Assembly: GCA_000004985.1 (NCBI GenBank)
Contig: GG738869.1
Length of the DNA: 64,000 bases
DNA from: Naegleria gruberi
Lineage: Eukaryota
Reading direction: 5' to 3' (one strand)
The translations under genes and the position numbers were made by a program. This document shows, piece after piece, positions 61,573 through 64,000 of the stretch. Numbering within the stretch: the stretch's first letter is position 1; the number at the start of each line of letters is the position of its first letter. Below the pieces are notes generated by a model. That model had not been told where the DNA came from. It made no database searches and saw nothing but the letters and a program-made list of their open reading frames with translations.

Positions 61573-61796
61573 TTAATAGTATTAATATTATTATTATTAA
61601 TATTATTAGATGATAATTGATTAAAAGGTGTTTTTGTAAATAAATTAATATTACTTGTTAATATTGATGAATTAAAAGTGTCACTTTTAGAAGTGTCAAT
61701 AGTATCGGAATGGTTATTATTATATTCTTCTTTATGATTGCCATCATCATCATCATTTGTATTATTATTATTCGGTTGATGACTATGTTGATGCAT
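61573..61796 (-). CDS. 5' (N-terminal) portion of a minus-strand ORF encoding an Asn-rich, low-complexity protein of unknown function. It starts at the ATG that is the complement of 61794..61796 and continues leftward into the N gap, so its C-terminal part is not visible.
   Basis: Manual reverse-complement translation from the complement of 61796 downward gives MHQHSHQPNNNNTNDDDDGNHKEEYNNNHSDTIDTSKSDTFNSSILTSNINLFTKTPFNQLSSNNINNNNINTIN..., with no stop in 74 codons before the gap. The ATG lies in a classic dictyostelid aaaaaaATG context (plus-strand 61796-61803 reads attttttt). The composition (N-runs, D4 acidic patch) is typical of Dictyostelium coding low complexity. The supplied ORF track does not list it, presumably because it is truncated by Ns, so it could be spurious in such AT-rich DNA. 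Confidence 0.45.
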
Positions 61797-62146
61797 TTTT
61801 TTCCATTCTCTAATGGAAGATTTTTAAATTGATTTTATAACTGTCATTTTAGGAGGGAAAATTGTTTTATTATCATCCAATTCATGATATCATTCTTATT
61901 ATTTAACATTATTAAGATTTAAAGTATCCAAATGTTTGTGATATAAAAGAAGTATTTAGTAGTAAATCACCATCATCAAATATTAGCCTATTAAAAAAAC
62001 AACTTTAAAAAAAATACATCAAACAATAATCACACACACATCCTAGGCTAGGAATAATATCACATTATATACAAAATACTTCAACAAATAAATTTAGGAA
62101 ATAATAGGAGAATAACAATATAATACAACATCGGAATTTAAGAATT
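61797..62146. promoter_or_regulatory. Divergent intergenic/promoter region shared by the minus-strand ORF (start at 61796) and the plus-strand GH47 gene (start at 62147). It is about 350 bp and very AT-rich, with a small GC-containing motif cluster.
   Basis: The region lies between two divergently oriented ATGs. Poly(A) runs on the plus strand at 61994-62000 and 62007-62014. There is a TATA-like ttatatac at about 62064-62071 (about 75 bp upstream of the + ATG) and a TATA-like stretch on the minus strand (plus-strand gatataaaag, about 61940-61949). A (CA)5 tract sits at 62031-62040, immediately followed by CCTAGG / (CTAGG)2 at 62042-62052. Confidence 0.4.
62031..62052. promoter_or_regulatory. 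Candidate transcription-factor site: a CA-rich element (cacacacaca) abutting a tandem CTAGG repeat / CCTAGG palindrome. It is the only GC-containing island in the AT-rich intergenic region and lies about 95-115 bp upstream of the GH47 ATG.
   Basis: Read directly: 62031-62040 is cacacacaca, then tcctaggctagg follows. In Dictyostelium, CA-rich elements (CAEs, bound on the G strand by the G-box binding factor GBF) are established cis-elements of post-aggregative genes. Applying that here is inference. Confidence 0.3.
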
Positions 62147-63958
62147 ATGAAATTTAAATTCTTTCAATTATTTACATTTACATTTGTATTTTTACTATTA
62201 TCACATTATTTAATACAATATGATCATTATATAACAAATCAATTTAATACTCATAGTACTCATAATATATATAATTCTAATAATAATCAATTTAATAATC
62301 AATTTAATAATATATTTATAAAATGTATGAAAATTAAAGAAATTGAAGAAATTAAAAATTCCATAAAAAACATGTTTATTACTTCATATAGTAATTATAT
62401 GAAATATGGATATCCATTAGATGAATTAAAACCAATATCATGTTCAGGAATGAGTACATGGGGTAATTATTCATTAACATTAATAGATTCATTAGATACA
62501 TTATATGTAATGAATATGCATGATGAATTTAAATATTCAATTGAATTAATTTTAAAAAATTTTAATAATTTTAATTTTCCAACTCATGTTTCTGTATTTG
62601 AAAGTAATATTAGAATATTAGGAGGTTTATTATCTGCTCATTTATTAGCATTAAAACATGATTGGTATTTAAATCAATATTATTTAAATACAAATCATTT
62701 ATTTTATCAATTTAATCATAATAATAATAATAATAATAATTTAAATCAATCTAATTCTAATCAATCTAATACCAATAATTCAAATCAATCTAATCAATCT
62801 AATCAATCCAATTCTAGTACAAATTCAAATATAAATTCAAATACAAATTCAAATATCAATTCAAATTCAAAACAACAACAACAACACAACTTGTTAACAT
62901 TATGTATTGATATAGCTAATAGATTATTACCTGCATTTAATACACCAACAGGTATACCATATGGTATGATACATTTTATAGATGGAGTATTAAAGAATGA
63001 ATCTAATATAACATCAACAGCAGGTGGTGGTACATTTATTTTAGAATTTGGATTATTAAGTTATTTAACAGGTGATTTAAAATATTATGAAATTGCTAAA
63101 AAAGCAACATTAAGTATTTTTAAATATAGAGATTTAAAAACTAATTTAATTGGTAATCATATAAATATAATGAATGGAGAATGGATACATCGTGAATCAG
63201 GTATAGGAGCATCAATTGATTCATATTTTGAATATCTATATAAGGGATTTATTTTATTTAAAGATGAAGAATTATTAAATTTATTTAAAATTCATTATCA
63301 ATCAATTTTAAAATATGTTTATAAAAATCCATGGTATTCAGATGTTGATATGAAATTTCCAAAAATAACATTTGGATTATATAATTCATTAGCTTCATTT
63401 TGGCCAGGTGTACAAGCTTTATATGGTAATTATGAAATTGCTAAAAAGTCAATTATTGCTATACATGGTATTTGGAGAAAATATGGAAGTATACCTGAAG
63501 GTTTTAATATTTTAATTTCAAAAGCACAAAAAGGTCAATTACCATATCCATTAAGACCTGAATTAATTGAAAGTATTTATCATTTATTTAAATTTGATGG
63601 TTCACGTGATTCTAATTATCTATATATGGCAAGAGATTTTTATACTAGTTTGGAAATTAATACAAAAACTAAATGTGGATATGCTGTTATTGATAATGTT
63701 GAAACTTTAAAATTAAATGATAGAATGGAATCTTTCTTTTTATCTGAAACTTTAAAATATTTATATTTAATTTTTGATTTTAATAATTTTGTACATTATA
63801 ATAATCAAACAAATTCAGAAGAATTATTATTCACTTTTAATACTGAAGCACATTTAATTCCTTTAAATTTAAATGCCTATTTAAAAAAATATGATCCTTA
63901 TTTTAATGAAAATAGATTTTTAAATGATTTTTCAAAAAAATCAACAATTTTTAAATAA
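62147..63958 (+). CDS. Glycoside hydrolase family 47 protein (class I alpha-1,2-mannosidase fold) of the EDEM subfamily, closest in architecture and length to EDEM2 (ER degradation-enhancing alpha-mannosidase-like). It is 603 aa with an N-terminal signal peptide or signal anchor, and the catalytic signature residues are intact.
   Basis: Complete ORF from ATG 62147 to TAA 63956-63958. The N-terminus MKFKFFQLFTFTFVFLLLSHYLIQ is a hydrophobic signal/anchor. GH47 hallmark motifs are recognised by eye: YPLDELKPISCSGMSTWGNYSLTLIDSLDTL; FESNIRILGGLLSAHLL (the Glu is the catalytic acid equivalent of ERManI E330); LLPAFNTPTGIPYG and STAGGGTFILEFGLLSYLTGD (both EDEM-type rather than ManI-type variants); GASIDSYFEYLYKG (the Asp is the D463 equivalent); YPLRPELIESIYHLFK (the Glu is the E599 equivalent); and the C-terminal beta-hairpin FNTEAHLIPLN (the Ca2+-binding Thr is the T688 equivalent). 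There is no KDEL. No intron is needed to keep the conserved blocks in frame. Confidence 0.9.
   Translation: MKFKFFQLFTFTFVFLLLSHYLIQYDHYITNQFNTHSTHNIYNSNNNQFNNQFNNIFIKCMKIKEIEEIKNSIKNMFITSYSNYMKYGYPLDELKPISCSGMSTWGNYSLTLIDSLDTLYVMNMHDEFKYSIELILKNFNNFNFPTHVSVFESNIRILGGLLSAHLLALKHDWYLNQYYLNTNHLFYQFNHNNNNNNNLNQSNSNQSNTNNSNQSNQSNQSNSSTNSNINSNTNSNINSNSKQQQQHNLLTLCIDIANRLLPAFNTPTGIPYGMIHFIDGVLKNESNITSTAGGGTFILEFGLLSYLTGDLKYYEIAKKATLSIFKYRDLKTNLIGNHINIMNGEWIHRESGIGASIDSYFEYLYKGFILFKDEELLNLFKIHYQSILKYVYKNPWYSDVDMKFPKITFGLYNSLASFWPGVQALYGNYEIAKKSIIAIHGIWRKYGSIPEGFNILISKAQKGQLPYPLRPELIESIYHLFKFDGSRDSNYLYMARDFYTSLEINTKTKCGYAVIDNVETLKLNDRMESFFLSETLKYLYLIFDFNNFVHYNNQTNSEELLFTFNTEAHLIPLNLNAYLKKYDPYFNENRFLNDFSKKSTIFK
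62288..62311 (+). repeat. Perfect tandem duplication of the 12-bp unit caatttaataat inside the CDS, encoding QFNN-QFNN near the mature N-terminus.
   Basis: Read directly: 62288-62299 and 62300-62311 are identical. The protein reads ...NNNQFNNQFNNIF.... Confidence 0.85.
62716..62890 (+). repeat. Coding microsatellite / low-complexity tract of about 175 bp and about 58 aa of N/Q/S/T-rich sequence. It consists of (AAT)7, imperfect 9-bp (aatcaatct = N-Q-S) repeats, imperfect 12-bp (aattcaaataya = N-S-N-I/T) repeats, and (CAA)4-5.
   Basis: (AAT)7 at 62720-62740 gives HNNNNNNN. aatcaatctaat... is reiterated across 62744-62810. aattcaaatataaattcaaatacaaattcaaatatcaattcaaattcaaaa is at 62822-62870. 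caacaacaacaacac is at 62871-62885. The translation is NHNNNNNNNLNQSNSNQSNTNNSNQSNQSNQSNSSTNSNINSNTNSNINSNSKQQQQH. It sits between the GGLLSAHLL helix and the LLPAFNTPTG block, a position where other GH47 proteins have only a short loop. Confidence 0.85.
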
Positions 63959-63982
63959 AATATTTATTTTAAAATTAATAAA
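63954..63982 (+). terminator. Candidate polyadenylation signals (AATAAA) overlapping or just after the stop codon of the GH47 gene.
   Basis: aataaa at 63954-63959 overlaps the TAA stop, and a second aataaa is at 63977-63982. In DNA this AT-rich, such hexamers occur by chance, and the 3' UTR runs off the end of the window. Confidence 0.25.
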
Positions 63983-64000
63983 ATATATATATAATATTTT

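Noticed and set aside
61801-61814. Small inverted repeat ccatt-ctct-aatgg just upstream of the minus-strand ATG.
   Set aside because: The stem is only 5 bp with a 4-nt spacer, which is expected by chance. It is not reported as a regulatory hairpin.
61848-61865. G-rich box ttaggagggaaaattg in the intergenic region, considered as a second regulatory element or a splice acceptor for an upstream exon of the minus gene.
   Set aside because: It is an isolated short purine run with no partner motif, and there is no evidence of an upstream exon. It is too weak to call.
62458-62485. A GT...AG pair (ggtaattattcattaacattaatag) that superficially resembles a tiny AT-rich intron in the GH47 gene.
   Set aside because: The reading frame continues through it and encodes the conserved GH47 block WGNYSLTLIDSLDTL. 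It is far too short for a dictyostelid intron, so it is coding sequence and not an intron.
62147-63958. Short alternative-frame and antisense ORFs overlapping the GH47 CDS.
   Set aside because: In DNA this AT-rich, stop-poor frames arise by chance. None has conserved-domain features, and the 603-aa ORF explains the region fully.
61573-64000. Possibility of a CRISPR array, toxin-antitoxin pair or other prokaryotic defense or novel system in the readable region.
   Set aside because: There is no repeat-spacer periodicity, no operon-like packing and no prokaryotic-type gene content. The sequence is eukaryotic (dictyostelid-like) with one ER glycoprotein quality-control gene. The rest of the window is Ns, so nothing supports such a claim.
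61573-64000. tRNA, rRNA or other structured ncRNA genes.
   Set aside because: There is no GC-rich segment of 70-90 nt with cloverleaf-capable complementarity and no A-box/B-box-like motifs. The only GC-containing stretches are inside the CDS or the short promoter motif.

Overview
Positions 1..61572 (about 96% of the window) are an unbroken run of N, which is an assembly gap. Only about 2.4 kb at 61573..64000 is real sequence, so nothing can be described or hunted across the first 61.5 kb. The readable part is extremely AT-rich and its ORFs carry Asn/Gln/Ser homopolymer tracts encoded by AAT/CAA microsatellites. The candidate start codon of the minus-strand ORF sits in an AAAAAAATG context; the plus-strand start does not (ttaagaattATG). 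I infer that this is a dictyostelid-type (Dictyostelium-like) eukaryotic nuclear locus rather than a prokaryotic one. It contains one complete, apparently intronless gene for a glycoside hydrolase family 47 (class I alpha-1,2-mannosidase) protein of the EDEM subfamily, with all GH47 catalytic and Ca-binding signature residues conserved and a Dictyostelium-style low-complexity insertion. It also contains the N-terminal end of a divergently transcribed Asn-rich ORF that runs into the gap, and a ~350-bp shared divergent promoter between them. I see no CRISPR array, defense island, mobile element or RNA gene in the readable sequence. The most interesting points are the microsatellite-encoded loop insertion inside the GH47 catalytic domain and a small GC-rich (CA)5/CTAGG-repeat motif in the intergenic promoter. 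I cannot support a claim of a novel biological system from this window.
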